Shown here piece after piece: positions 1 to 10,074 of a DNA stretch of 64,000 nucleotides. Below the pieces are notes generated by a model. It saw nothing but the letters and a program-made list of their open reading frames with translations. It searched no databases and had not been told where the DNA came from. Each line of letters opens with the position of its first letter. Position 1 is the first letter of the stretch. Location of the stretch: contig OZ006985.1 in assembly GCA_963931165.1 (NCBI GenBank), positions 744,532 to 808,531 on the forward strand, written 5' to 3'. The stretch is from an uncultured Christensenellaceae bacterium. GTDB taxonomy: Bacteria; Bacillota; Clostridia; Christensenellales; UBA3700. Position numbers and translations under genes: made by a program.

Positions 1-103
1 GCCGCGCGAAGCGCGCAGCGGTAGTGAGTGTAGTAGGATGCCATAACAATAAAATTATAACATGTTCGCGCCGCCAATGCAAACGGGCGGCGCGCGGAGG
101 AAA

Positions 104-1219
104 ATGAAATATCTCTTTTTCGATACCGAATGCGCGAATTGCTTTGACAGAACGGGCAAACTGTTCAGCATAGGCTTCGTGCTGACCGACGAGAACTTCA
201 ATGTGTCGGAGCCGCGCGAGGACATCCTCATCAACCCCGACGCGCCGTTCGATTGGTTCGTCGTCCGCAAGATGATGGCGTACGATCGGCGCATCTTCAA
301 GACAAAGCCCAAGTTCGACGACGTGTTCCCGAGGCTGGTCGAGTTGCTCGACGGCGCGATCGCGGTCGGATTCAACACCGCCGCGGACGTCGTCTATCTG
401 CTGGACGAGTGCAACCGCTACAAGCTGGATCCGCCCAAGATACGCTTTTTCGACGTGCAGCTCTGGGAACAAAAACTGTCCGAACGCCAAAACGTGTGCA
501 GGCTCGCCGCCGCATACGAGACGTGGTGCGGAATGGAGGCGCACGACGCCCACCGCAGCGATATGGACGCCGAGATGACGATGAACGTCGCCAAGGCGAT
601 GTGCGCGCGCCTCGGTATAAACATGGACGAGGCGGTCGCAGCCAATCCCGACTTTCAGGGCGAGACGGAGGGCTTTTACTACGCTTACAGCACAGATGAG
701 ATGCGCGATTCGCGGGACAAGACTCCGCGCCCGCACTACCGCAAGGTCAAGCCGGGACAGGAGAATTTCTGCCTGCGCGGCAGCCGAAATTACGAGATGT
801 TCATGCGCTTTGCCGAGGACATCAACAAGCGCAACGACGGCAAAAAGGTCTGCCTTTCGGACAACCTCGAGAGCTTTGATTACGACAGGGCGATGAGGGC
901 GCTGACCCGTATCGACGCCGCCGGCATGGGATATACGTTCAAGCCCTCGGAGGCGGCGGTCTATGTGTCGCTGGCGCGTGAGGACGAGACGGGCAAGATG
1001 CGCAAGTGCTCCAAGTTCAATCGCGCAAGAAGGCTCGCAAAAGAGGGCGCGATCGAGATGATGACCGCCGACGAGTTCGAAAGTGCCTATCCCTTGCCCG
1101 AGGGGGCAAACCTCGACTGGGACCGCTTCGACAAGCCCGAGTTCGCGCGGGAAGTCAAACGCAAAAAACGCAAGAGACGCAAAAACAACGATCCGACAAA
1201 ACAGGGCTCTCATCGTTGA
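104..1219 (+). CDS. DEDDh 3'-5' exonuclease (DNA pol III epsilon-like) with degenerate C-terminal BRCT-like domain
   Basis: ExoI FFDTEC, ExoIII HRSDMD; C-terminal segment resembles BRCT. Start moved from 62 to ATG 104, which follows a CGGAGG SD. Confidence 0.75.
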   Translation: MKYLFFDTECANCFDRTGKLFSIGFVLTDENFNVSEPREDILINPDAPFDWFVVRKMMAYDRRIFKTKPKFDDVFPRLVELLDGAIAVGFNTAADVVYLLDECNRYKLDPPKIRFFDVQLWEQKLSERQNVCRLAAAYETWCGMEAHDAHRSDMDAEMTMNVAKAMCARLGINMDEAVAANPDFQGETEGFYYAYSTDEMRDSRDKTPRPHYRKVKPGQENFCLRGSRNYEMFMRFAEDINKRNDGKKVCLSDNLESFDYDRAMRALTRIDAAGMGYTFKPSEAAVYVSLAREDETGKMRKCSKFNRARRLAKEGAIEMMTADEFESAYPLPEGANLDWDRFDKPEFAREVKRKKRKRRKNNDPTKQGSHR

Positions 1220-1244
1220 CAAAGCGAGAAAGACGTGATAGAAT
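1216..1244 (+). promoter_or_regulatory. sigmaA-type promoter with extended -10
   Basis: TTGACA (1216-1221), 17 bp spacer, TGnTAGAAT (-10 at 1239-1244). Confidence 0.75.
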
Positions 1245-1314
1245 GAAGATGTAGATTTGGGCGGCAAAACCGCGTGGTTTTGCCGCCCAAAGTATATCAA
1301 AAAGGAGGATCTTT

Positions 1315-1836
1315 ATGGCAAAGAGGAAAGCTAAAAAGCGCATTTCGACATTGACGATCGTCATGCTGGTCGTCGCTCTCGTCGGCGCGGCGCTCGCCGT
1401 CGTCGGTCTGTTCACCGATTGGACGCATCAACAGGGTGAGGCGCTCGGCGGACTCATAGAAGGCAAGACGGAGAGCATGACGCTCGAGGATTGGGCTGAG
1501 ATGAACGATTGGGAAAATCCGCCCGAATATTCGCTGGTGATGCAGCTGTTTGCGTGGATCGCCGGTATCCTCACCGTCGCCGGCTTTGCGCTGGTGCTCG
1601 TCAGACTTTTGATCAACATAGGCTTGATCAGATTGCTGGGCAAGATCGCCGGCATAGGCGCGATCCTGTGCGGCATCCTCGCGTTGGTGTTCACCTTCCT
1701 TGCGGCGGACGCGTTTGTAGGCGTCGATTTGGGGAGCATCGCAAACGTGGAGACGACGCTGTCGTACGGCGCGTATCTGCTCGCCGCCGGCTCGGTCGTC
1801 GGAGGCGTGGGAGCGTTGGTCGGCTCGAAGAAGTGA
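1315..1836 (+). CDS. Hypothetical membrane protein (about 4 TM helices)
   Basis: AAGGAGG SD; basic N-terminus followed by four hydrophobic segments. Confidence 0.75.
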   Translation: MAKRKAKKRISTLTIVMLVVALVGAALAVVGLFTDWTHQQGEALGGLIEGKTESMTLEDWAEMNDWENPPEYSLVMQLFAWIAGILTVAGFALVLVRLLINIGLIRLLGKIAGIGAILCGILALVFTFLAADAFVGVDLGSIANVETTLSYGAYLLAAGSVVGGVGALVGSKK

Positions 1837-1903
1837 CGGAGACAGATCGAAGAGAAGGGCGCCGCAGGGCGTTCTTCTTTTTTGCGAAAAATGCGCAAAA
1901 ACA

Positions 1904-1932
1904 TTGAAAAGTCAAAAGCGATGTGTTATAAT
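1904..1932 (+). promoter_or_regulatory. sigmaA-type promoter
   Basis: TTGAAA-17bp-TATAAT with TG extension. Confidence 0.75.
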
Positions 1933-1967
1933 ATCGATGGTCGCGAAAGCGGCAAAGGAGGAAAATC

Positions 1968-2438
1968 ATGGAAACAAAACAGTCTCTTTACTCGAAATTT
2001 TGCGGATATTTGGATTCGATCGGATTCAAATACGATCGCGACGACGAAAAGTGCGCGGTCGAAACGGGAGTGCAGGGCGACGATCTGCCGATGCGCTTTC
2101 ATATCACCTTTGACGACAAGCCGCTCAGGATGTGGATGTGGTCGATGCTGCCCGCCGCGGTGCGCGACGGCAAGAGGATGGCGGCGTGCGCGATCGCGGT
2201 GCACAAGGTCAACTCGGAGATGTTTTTGGGCAACTTCGACATGGATCCCGAGAACGGCACGATAGGATATGAACTGACCACGCTGTTCGAGGGGTGCAAC
2301 GTCGAGGATCCTCAAGCCGCGTTCGGCACGATAGTCGCCGTCGTCACGAGCTATATCGACAAGTACAACGAAAAGATCGCGGCTCTTGCGATGGGCATGA
2401 TCGATCTGGACGAGTTTATGAAGAAGATAGCAGATTGA
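1968..2438 (+). CDS. YbjN-family (T3SS-chaperone-like fold) protein
   Basis: AAGGAGG SD; 156 aa; pattern VNSEMFLGNFDMDPENGTIGYE resembles YbjN. Confidence 0.6.
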   Translation: METKQSLYSKFCGYLDSIGFKYDRDDEKCAVETGVQGDDLPMRFHITFDDKPLRMWMWSMLPAAVRDGKRMAACAIAVHKVNSEMFLGNFDMDPENGTIGYELTTLFEGCNVEDPQAAFGTIVAVVTSYIDKYNEKIAALAMGMIDLDEFMKKIAD

Positions 2439-2639
2439 CGCGAAAAAATTTTTGGCGTCGGGCTGAGGCAAGACCTCGCAGAGAATACGTTTTTTGCGAC
2501 CTGTATCGGGTTTTCGGGCGCAAAGGACGTATTTTTTCGCCCCCAAGCGCTCCGCGTGCCGCACGAGCATGCGCGCGCTTTTGCTTTATTTTTGCGCGCA
2601 TATGTGATATTATATTACAAACGACATTCGGAGAGTGTT

Positions 2640-3554
2640 ATGCTGCAAGACTTTTTGAAGATGAAAGACGTCTCGAAAGAGACCCTTCAAGCGCTGCTCG
2701 ATTCCGCGTTCGAGATGAAGCGCCGTATCCTGTCCGCCGACAAGTTTTCGGACGAGCTCAAGGGCAAGATGGTCGCGACGCTGTTCTATGAAAACAGCAC
2801 GCGCACGCGCACTTCGTTCGAGGACGCGTGCAAGTATCTGGGCGCGACCGTCGCGAGCCTCGACGTCGCGACTTCGAGCGTGCAAAAGGGCGAGTCGCTG
2901 ATCGACACCGCAAAGACCATCGAGGCGATGGGCACCGACGCGATCGTCATCCGCCACTCCGTCTCGGGCGCGCCGCAATTGGTCGCGGACAACGTCGACA
3001 TCCCCGTCGTCAACGCCGGCGACGGTCTGCACGCGCATCCCACGCAGGCGCTTCTCGACCTGTTCACGATCGTCGAGCGCTTCGGCAAGGTCGAAGGGCT
3101 GACCGTCGCGATCATCGGCGACATCAAGCACAGCCGCGTTGCGCGCAGCAATATGGAGAGCTTGACGACGATGGGCGCAAAGGTCAAAGTATTCGCGCCG
3201 CCGACGATGCTCCCCCTCGGCATAGAGAGGATGAAGTGCACCGTCTGCAAGACCATCGAAGAGGCGTTCGAGGGCTCGGACGCGGTGATGGGACTGCGCA
3301 TTCAATTGGAGAGGCAACAGGTCGGACTCTTCCCGAGTTACGGAGAATATACCGCGTTCTTCGGCATCACCGACGCGCGGATGAAGCTCGCAAACAAGGG
3401 CGCGGTCGTCCTGCATCCCGGTCCCGTCAACAGGGGCGTCGAGCTCGCCTATGACGTGCTCGACAAGGACTATTGCCTCAAAGACGTCCAGGTCACCAAC
3501 GGAGTCGCGACCAGAATGGCGCTGCTCAAAATGCTTCTCGGAGGGAAACAATGA
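2640..3554 (+). CDS. pyrB: Aspartate carbamoyltransferase catalytic subunit
   Basis: FYENSTRTRTSF, HPTQALLD and HPGPVNRG motifs; start set to ATG 2640. Confidence 0.97.
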   Translation: MLQDFLKMKDVSKETLQALLDSAFEMKRRILSADKFSDELKGKMVATLFYENSTRTRTSFEDACKYLGATVASLDVATSSVQKGESLIDTAKTIEAMGTDAIVIRHSVSGAPQLVADNVDIPVVNAGDGLHAHPTQALLDLFTIVERFGKVEGLTVAIIGDIKHSRVARSNMESLTTMGAKVKVFAPPTMLPLGIERMKCTVCKTIEEAFEGSDAVMGLRIQLERQQVGLFPSYGEYTAFFGITDARMKLANKGAVVLHPGPVNRGVELAYDVLDKDYCLKDVQVTNGVATRMALLKMLLGGKQ

Positions 3555-4813
3555 TCGTCATCAAAGGCGCCGACCTGTTCGGCAAAACGGTAGATATAGC
3601 CGTCGACGGAGACCGCGTCGCCGAGGTCGGCGACGTCAAAGCGCCCAAGGGGGCGACGGTCGTCGACGCGAGAGGTCTGACGGCGCTGCCCGCGTTCGTC
3701 GACATGCACGTCCACCTGCGCGAGCCCGGTTTCGAGTACAAAGAGGACATCGAGAGCGGCTGCCGCGCCGCGGTCGCCGGAGGGTTTGCGGCTGTGTGCT
3801 GCATGCCCAACACCAAGCCCGTGACCGACAACAAATATATCGTCAAATACGTCAAGACTCGCGCCGAAGAGGTGGGGCTTGCAAAGGTCTATCCCATCGC
3901 CGCGATCACCGTCGGACAAGAGGGCAAACAGATCGCAGAGCTGGGCAAACTCAAAGCCGCCGGCGCGGTCGCGTTCTCGGACGACGGAAGACCTGTCGAA
4001 AACGCGCAGACGATGCGCGTCGCGCTCGAATACGCAAAGCAGTTCGACGCGCTGCTGATCAGCCATTGCGAAGAGCTCTCGCTCGTCGCGGGAGGGGTGA
4101 TCAACGAGGGATATATCGCCTCGGAAGCGGGCTATCGCGGCATCACAAGGGCGAGCGAAGAGGTGATGGTTGCGCGCGAGATCGTGCTCGCCGACGCGCT
4201 GTCGACAAAGGTGCACATCGCGCACATCAGCACGGAGGGGAGCGCAAGGCTCATCCGCGACGCAAAGCGCGCCGGCATCAGGGTCAGCTGCGAGACCTGC
4301 CCCCACTACTTCGCCGCGACCGACGAGCTCGCCGCAAACGGCGACCCGATGGCGAAGGTCAATCCGCCGCTGCGCGAGGAGAGGGACAGAGAGGCGATCG
4401 TGCGTGCGATACAGGACGGCACCGTCGACGCGATCGTCACCGACCACGCGCCGCACGCCGCGCACGAAAAGGGCGCGCTGAACGACGCCGCCAACGGCAT
4501 AAGCGGACTCGAGACCTCGTTCGCGCTGTCGTACACATATCTGGTGAAGAGCGGCGCGATCACGCTGCAAAAACTGTCGCAATTGATGACCGAAAACCCG
4601 GCAAGGCTGGTCGGCGTCCCCTGCGGCAGGATAGAAAAGGGAGGACTTGCGGACATCGTGCTGGTCGACCTCGGCGAGCAGTTCGAGATCGAGCCCGAGC
4701 GCTTCTTCTCCAAGGGCAAAAATACCCCGTTCAAGGGCCGCAAGGTCTTCGGCAGGGTCAAGATGACTATGGTCGAAGGAAAAATCAAATTCAAGGACGG
4801 TGAAATATGCTGA
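3551..4813 (+). CDS. pyrC: Dihydroorotase
   Basis: DMHVHLREPG, MPNTKP, VNPPLR and TDHAPH motifs; ATG overlaps pyrB stop. Confidence 0.97.
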   Translation: MIVIKGADLFGKTVDIAVDGDRVAEVGDVKAPKGATVVDARGLTALPAFVDMHVHLREPGFEYKEDIESGCRAAVAGGFAAVCCMPNTKPVTDNKYIVKYVKTRAEEVGLAKVYPIAAITVGQEGKQIAELGKLKAAGAVAFSDDGRPVENAQTMRVALEYAKQFDALLISHCEELSLVAGGVINEGYIASEAGYRGITRASEEVMVAREIVLADALSTKVHIAHISTEGSARLIRDAKRAGIRVSCETCPHYFAATDELAANGDPMAKVNPPLREERDREAIVRAIQDGTVDAIVTDHAPHAAHEKGALNDAANGISGLETSFALSYTYLVKSGAITLQKLSQLMTENPARLVGVPCGRIEKGGLADIVLVDLGEQFEIEPERFFSKGKNTPFKGRKVFGRVKMTMVEGKIKFKDGEIC

Positions 4814-5709
4814 TCGACAGACTTATCGACAAGATCAAAGAGAAGGACAACCCGTCGGTGGCGGGGCTCGATACCTGCATCGACTATCTGCCCGACGACG
4901 TGCGCGGCAAGTGCGAGACGCTCTATGACGCGGCGAAGTACATCACGGACTTCAACTTTGCGCTGATCGACGCGATCAAGGACGTCGTCCCCGCGGTCAA
5001 GGTGCAGGTCGCCTACTATGAGATGTACGGCGTCGAGGGCATGCGCGCGTTCTCGGATACGCTCGCGTATGCGCGTCAGCACGGGCTGTTCACGATCGCC
5101 GACGTCAAACGCAACGACATCGGCAGCACCGCTTCCGCTTACAGCAACGCCTACCTCGGCGAGACGGTGCTCGAGGGCAGCGCGGTCACGCCGTTCGAGA
5201 GCGACTTTGTCACCGTCAACGGCTATCTCGGCAGCGACGGCGTCTTGCCGTTCGTCGCCGATTGCAAAAAGAACGACCGCGGCATCTTCGTCCTCGTCAA
5301 GACCTCAAACCCCGGCAGCGGCGAGCTGCAGGACAGGCTGATGGACAACGGCAAGACGCTGTACGAAAATATGGCGTGCCTCGTCGACGAGTGGGGCGCG
5401 GATCTGCGCGGCAAGTACGGCTATTCGAGCGTCGGCGCGGTCGTCGGCGCGACGCACAGAGCGCAGGCGGAGGCGATCCGCAAAGCGCACCCGAACCTCT
5501 TCTTCCTCATCCCCGGCTACGGGGCGCAGGGCGGAAAGGCGGAGGATCTCGCGGTCTGCTTCCGCGACGGCATCGGCGGCATCGTCAACTCGTCGCGCGG
5601 CATCCTGACCGCGTACCGCAAGCCGCAATATGCGGGCAAGACGTTCGACGAGGCGGCAAGGCTCGCCGCGATCGCAATGCGTGAGGACATCGGCAAGTGC
5701 ATAAGATGA
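4807..5709 (+). CDS. pyrF: Orotidine-5'-phosphate decarboxylase (subfamily 2)
   Basis: DVKRNDIGST, IPGYGAQGG and NSSRGI motifs. Confidence 0.96.
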   Translation: MLIDRLIDKIKEKDNPSVAGLDTCIDYLPDDVRGKCETLYDAAKYITDFNFALIDAIKDVVPAVKVQVAYYEMYGVEGMRAFSDTLAYARQHGLFTIADVKRNDIGSTASAYSNAYLGETVLEGSAVTPFESDFVTVNGYLGSDGVLPFVADCKKNDRGIFVLVKTSNPGSGELQDRLMDNGKTLYENMACLVDEWGADLRGKYGYSSVGAVVGATHRAQAEAIRKAHPNLFFLIPGYGAQGGKAEDLAVCFRDGIGGIVNSSRGILTAYRKPQYAGKTFDEAARLAAIAMREDIGKCIR

Positions 5710-6470
5710 AGGACCGCTCCGCGGTCGTGCTCGCAAACGAGCGCGTCGCCGACGGAGTGATGAAGATGACTTTGAAATTCGACGACCTGCCCCAAATCGA
5801 GGGCGGTCAGTTCGTGCACGTCCGCGTGCCCGATGGCGCGCATGTGCTCAGAAGACCGTTTTGCATCTGCGACTTCGACAAAGAGGAGAGGACGATCGAC
5901 ATATGCTACGCCGTCGTCGGCGCAGGCACCGCAAGGCTCGCCGAGGTCAAGCGCATGGAGCGCCTCGACGCGCTGCTGCCGCTCGGCAACGGCTATGTCC
6001 CCGAGGGCGACAAGGTCTTGCTGATCGGCGGCGGCATGGGCAGCGCGGTGCTTCCGGCGATCGTCACCGCTCACCCCGACAAGGAGTACACCGTCTGCCT
6101 CGGATTCGGCGACGCGTCAAAGGTAGTGCTCGTCGACGAGCTTGAGAAAAAGGGCGCGAAGGTCATCCTCGCGACCGACAACGGCTCCGCCGGCGAAAAG
6201 GGATATGTCACCGACGTCGCCGCGCGCGTCATTCGCGCCGACAGACCGGACGAGATCTTCTGCTGCGGCCCCGAGATCATCTACAAGATCCTCGCCAAAA
6301 AGGAGGAGATCGCCGGCATCCCGACCAAGATCTCGCTCGAACAGCGGATGGGCTGCGGCATCGGCGCCTGCCTCGTCTGCAATTGCAAGGTCAAACGCGC
6401 GGGCGGCGAAGAATATGTCCGCGTCTGCAAGGACGGTCCGGTGTTCGACATCGGGGAGGTGGCGCTGTGA
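5706..6470 (+). CDS. pyrK: Dihydroorotate dehydrogenase electron-transfer subunit
   Basis: RRPFCI, GGGMG and EQRMGCGIGACLVC...CKDGPVF 2Fe-2S motif. Confidence 0.95.
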   Translation: MKDRSAVVLANERVADGVMKMTLKFDDLPQIEGGQFVHVRVPDGAHVLRRPFCICDFDKEERTIDICYAVVGAGTARLAEVKRMERLDALLPLGNGYVPEGDKVLLIGGGMGSAVLPAIVTAHPDKEYTVCLGFGDASKVVLVDELEKKGAKVILATDNGSAGEKGYVTDVAARVIRADRPDEIFCCGPEIIYKILAKKEEIAGIPTKISLEQRMGCGIGACLVCNCKVKRAGGEEYVRVCKDGPVFDIGEVAL

Positions 6471-7375
6471 ATACCGCAGTCGAGATAGCGGGAGTCCGCT
6501 TCAAAAATCCGATAATCACCGCGAGCGGCACGTTCGGCTTCGGCTCCGAATACGGGGAGTTCTATCCGCTGAGCGCGCTGGGCGGCATCTGCACCAAGGG
6601 GCTGACGATCAACCCCAAACAGGGCAACCCCCCGCCGCGCGCGACCGAAGTTTACGGAGGTATGCTCAACGCGGTCGGGCTGCAAAACCCAGGCGTCGAG
6701 CACTTCCTCGCGACAGACGACAAACGCCTCGCAGACGAGGACGTCGTCGTCATCGCCAACGTCGCCGGCGCGACGCTCGAGGACTATATCGCGATCGGGG
6801 AGCGCATCAACGACGCGCACGCGCAGATGGTCGAACTCAACATCTCCTGCCCCAACGTCAAACAGGGCGGGATGGCGTTCGGCGTGCTGCCGTCGTCCGT
6901 CGAAAAGGTGACAGCCGCGGTCGTCAAGGTGTGCAAAAAACCGGTGATCACCAAGCTGTCGCCGAACGTCGCGAACATCGCCGACAACGCCCGCGCCGCA
7001 GAGGCGGGAGGAGCGGCGGCGGTCTCGCTGATCAACACCCTCTCGGGCATGGCTGTCAATTGGAAGACGCGCAGACCCATACTCGCCAACAACAACGGCG
7101 GCATGTCCGGTCCCTGCGTCAAGCCGGTCGCGCTCAAAATGGTCTGGGACTGCTTCAACGCGATCCAAATACCCGTCATAGGGCTCGGCGGCATCACGTC
7201 GTACACCGACGTGCTCGAATTCATGATCTGCGGCGCGCGCGCCGTCCAGGTCGGCACCGCAAACTTTACGTCGCCCACCGCGGCGTACGACATCGCCCGC
7301 GACCTCGCGGAATATGTCAAACAAAACGATATCGATATCAACGACCTCGTCGGCTCGCTCATTCTCAACGGCTGA
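6467..7375 (+). CDS. pyrD: Dihydroorotate dehydrogenase (family 1B) catalytic subunit
   Basis: TASGTFG, NISCPNV and KLSPNV motifs; GTG start overlaps pyrK stop. Confidence 0.96.
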   Translation: MNTAVEIAGVRFKNPIITASGTFGFGSEYGEFYPLSALGGICTKGLTINPKQGNPPPRATEVYGGMLNAVGLQNPGVEHFLATDDKRLADEDVVVIANVAGATLEDYIAIGERINDAHAQMVELNISCPNVKQGGMAFGVLPSSVEKVTAAVVKVCKKPVITKLSPNVANIADNARAAEAGGAAAVSLINTLSGMAVNWKTRRPILANNNGGMSGPCVKPVALKMVWDCFNAIQIPVIGLGGITSYTDVLEFMICGARAVQVGTANFTSPTAAYDIARDLAEYVKQNDIDINDLVGSLILNG

Positions 7376-7394
7376 CGGTCAAAGGAGTATTTTT

Positions 7395-7985
7395 ATGATG
7401 ACTACGGAACAGGCTTTGGAGATCTACCGCAAATGCGGAGCCGTGCTCAAAGGGCACTTCAAATTGACCAGTGGCAGACACGCCGACACCTATATGCAGA
7501 GCGCAAAAGTGTTCGTCGACACCGAGTGCAGCGAACAGCTGTGCAAGGCTCTCGTCGAAAAACTCAACGCTGCGGGCGTCGAGGCGGATATGGTCATTTC
7601 GCCCGCGATCGGCGGCATCCTGATGGGGTATGAGGTCGCGCGCCAAATGCGCAAGCCCAATATCTTCGCCGAGCGCGAGAACGGCGAGATGACGCTGAGA
7701 AGAGGCTTCTCTTTCCCCGAAGGCACGCGCTTTGTCGTCACCGAGGACGTCGTCACCACCGGCGGCTCGGTTAAAGAGGTCATCGCCCTCGTCAGGAAGA
7801 TGGGCGGCGAGGTCGCCGCGGTCGCGTCTCTCGTCGACCGCAGCAACGGCAAGGTCGACTTCGGCGTCAAGTTCGTCAACCTCATCAGCATGGACATCAC
7901 GTCCTACGAGCCGGAAGATTGCCCGCTGTGCAAAGAGGGCAAGATCGAGTTGGTCAAGCCCGGTTCGAGAGTGTTCAACAAGTGA
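7395..7985 (+). CDS. pyrE: Orotate phosphoribosyltransferase
   Basis: GHFKLTSGRH and VTEDVVTTGGS PRPP-binding motif; AAGGAG SD. Confidence 0.96.
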   Translation: MMTTEQALEIYRKCGAVLKGHFKLTSGRHADTYMQSAKVFVDTECSEQLCKALVEKLNAAGVEADMVISPAIGGILMGYEVARQMRKPNIFAERENGEMTLRRGFSFPEGTRFVVTEDVVTTGGSVKEVIALVRKMGGEVAAVASLVDRSNGKVDFGVKFVNLISMDITSYEPEDCPLCKEGKIELVKPGSRVFNK

Positions 7986-8791
7986 CGTTCGACAGGGCGT
8001 TGAGCGCGTGCGCCAAGCTGCGCGAGAGGACTGACTTCGTCCCCGAGATCGCGATCGTGCTTGGCAGCGGACTGGGCGGAGCGGTCGACCTCGACGAGGA
8101 ATTTTCGATCGGGTACGACGAACTGGGACTGCCCGGCTCCACCGTCCACGGGCACAGAGGAAGGATGGTCTTCGGCAGGCTGAGCGGCAAAAAGGTCGCC
8201 GTCTTGCAGGGGAGAGTGCACTACTATGAGGGGCATTCGTCCGCGACCGCGGTGCTCCCCGTGAGAGTCGCGGCGCTCGCCGGCGCAAAGACGGTCATCC
8301 TCACAAACGCCGCCGGAGGCATCGCCCCCGACTTCGAGTGCGGAGACATCATGGCGATCCGCGACCATATCTGCCTTGCGCCAAATCCGCTGATCGGTCC
8401 CAACGACGACCGTTTCGGTCCGCGCTTCCCCGATATGACCGCGCCGTACGACCCCGAACTGATCGAGGTCGCGAAAAGGGCGGCGCAGCGTTGCGGCTTC
8501 GAGCTCAAAGAGGGCGTCTATATCCAATTCACAGGCCCGTCGTTCGAGACCGCCGCAGAGGTCAAAATGGCAGGCATTTTGGGAGCGGACGCGGTCGGCA
8601 TGAGCACCGCGATCGAGACGATCGCGCTCAGACATATGGGCGTCAGAGTGATGGGGCTGTCATTCATCAGCAACAAGGCGTGCGGCCTTGCGGGCAAACC
8701 GCTGTCGCACGAGGACGTCAACCGCGAGAGCGAACGCGTCGTAGGAAAGATGCGCGCGCTGCTCGCCGAGATCGTCGGAGATATCCAATGA
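7982..8791 (+). CDS. punA: Purine nucleoside phosphorylase (PNP I)
   Basis: LGSGLG, QGRVHYYEG, GPSFET and VGMST motifs; GTG overlaps pyrE stop. Confidence 0.93.
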   Translation: MTFDRALSACAKLRERTDFVPEIAIVLGSGLGGAVDLDEEFSIGYDELGLPGSTVHGHRGRMVFGRLSGKKVAVLQGRVHYYEGHSSATAVLPVRVAALAGAKTVILTNAAGGIAPDFECGDIMAIRDHICLAPNPLIGPNDDRFGPRFPDMTAPYDPELIEVAKRAAQRCGFELKEGVYIQFTGPSFETAAEVKMAGILGADAVGMSTAIETIALRHMGVRVMGLSFISNKACGLAGKPLSHEDVNRESERVVGKMRALLAEIVGDIQ

Positions 8792-10074
8792 AGATGAGGT
8801 TTTTCAACGCCAAGATCTGGGACGGCGAAAAGCTGTTCGACGGAGAACTGCGCGTCGAGGGCGACAAGATCGCGCGCGTCAGCCCCGTGTCCACGCTCGA
8901 GTGGCAGGACTGGGACCGCGAGATAGACTGCGGCGGCAACCTCATCATGCCGTCGTTCAAGAACGGACATACCCATTCGCCGATGGCTTTCTTGCGCTCA
9001 TACGCCGAGGATCTGCCTCTGCAAGAGTGGCTGAGCGAAAAGGTGTTCCCCGCCGAAGCGCTGCTCACCGACGAGGACTGCTACCACCTGACAAGGCTCG
9101 CTTGCGCCGAATATTTCGCCGGCGGCACGACGTTCGTCTGCGAGATGTACGGGCATACGCGTGCGGTCGCAAAGGCGCTCGCCGACAGCGGCGTCGCGGC
9201 GGTCGTCACCGAGGGCATACTCGACTTTGACGGGTCGCCAAAGTTCATCGAAGACAAGATAGACGACAGCGTCGAATACTACAAGAATTTTCCTGCCCGT
9301 GTGCGTTACGGCATCTCTATCCACGCGCAGTATACCTGCGGAGAGGGGACGCTGGGCGCGGTCAAGAGGGCGGTCGACAAGTACAAAATGCCCCTCTTTG
9401 CGCATGTGTCCGAGACGGCGCGCGAGGTCGCGTCCTGCAAAGAGCAGACGGGCAAGACTCCGTTTGAATATCTCGCAGGCAAGGGGCTGTTCGACTTCGG
9501 CGGAGCGGCGTTCCACTGCGTGCACGTTACGTCCGCAGAGATGGAGATCATGGCTCAAAAGGGAGTCGCCGCGGTCACTTGCCCGTGCAGCAACCTCAAA
9601 CTCGCAAGCGGGATCGCGCCCCTTGCCGAGATGAAAGAGAGGGGCGTCAAGATCGGTATCGGCACCGACGGCGCGGCAAGCAACAACGCGCTCGACATGT
9701 TCCGCGAGACCTACCTTGCGGCGGTGCTGCAAAAGTGTTCGACCGGCGATGCGGCGGCAATGGGCGCGGAGTTTGTGCTCGGGGCGGCGACGCGCGCGTC
9801 CGCTTACGGGGCGGAAGGTATGGATGCGCTCGCGCCGGGCAGCAGCGCCGACTTTGTGCTGATCGACCTGCATGCGCCCAATATGCAGCCCGGCAACGAC
9901 ATCGTAAACGACGTCGTTTACGCAGCGGGCAAACACAACGTGATGATGACCGTCGCCGGCGGCAAAGTCGTCTTTGAAAACGGCAAAGCCGACGTCGGCA
10001 CCGACTATGACGCGCTCGCCGAAAGGTGCCGCGCGATCGCAAAGAGGATCGCGGATGAGAGAGCAAGAGCGTAA
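8788..10074 (+). CDS. Amidohydrolase, 5'-methylthioadenosine/SAH deaminase-like
   Basis: NGHTHSPM, HVSET, AFHCVH and GTDGAASNN motifs; exact substrate inferred from family only. Confidence 0.82.
   Translation: MKMRFFNAKIWDGEKLFDGELRVEGDKIARVSPVSTLEWQDWDREIDCGGNLIMPSFKNGHTHSPMAFLRSYAEDLPLQEWLSEKVFPAEALLTDEDCYHLTRLACAEYFAGGTTFVCEMYGHTRAVAKALADSGVAAVVTEGILDFDGSPKFIEDKIDDSVEYYKNFPARVRYGISIHAQYTCGEGTLGAVKRAVDKYKMPLFAHVSETAREVASCKEQTGKTPFEYLAGKGLFDFGGAAFHCVHVTSAEMEIMAQKGVAAVTCPCSNLKLASGIAPLAEMKERGVKIGIGTDGAASNNALDMFRETYLAAVLQKCSTGDAAAMGAEFVLGAATRASAYGAEGMDALAPGSSADFVLIDLHAPNMQPGNDIVNDVVYAAGKHNVMMTVAGGKVVFENGKADVGTDYDALAERCRAIAKRIADERARA

Noticed and set aside
2440-2640. PyrR-binding attenuator upstream of pyrB
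   Set aside because: No ARUCC-N-GNGAGGYU-type motif and no antiterminator/terminator pair found before the start codon.
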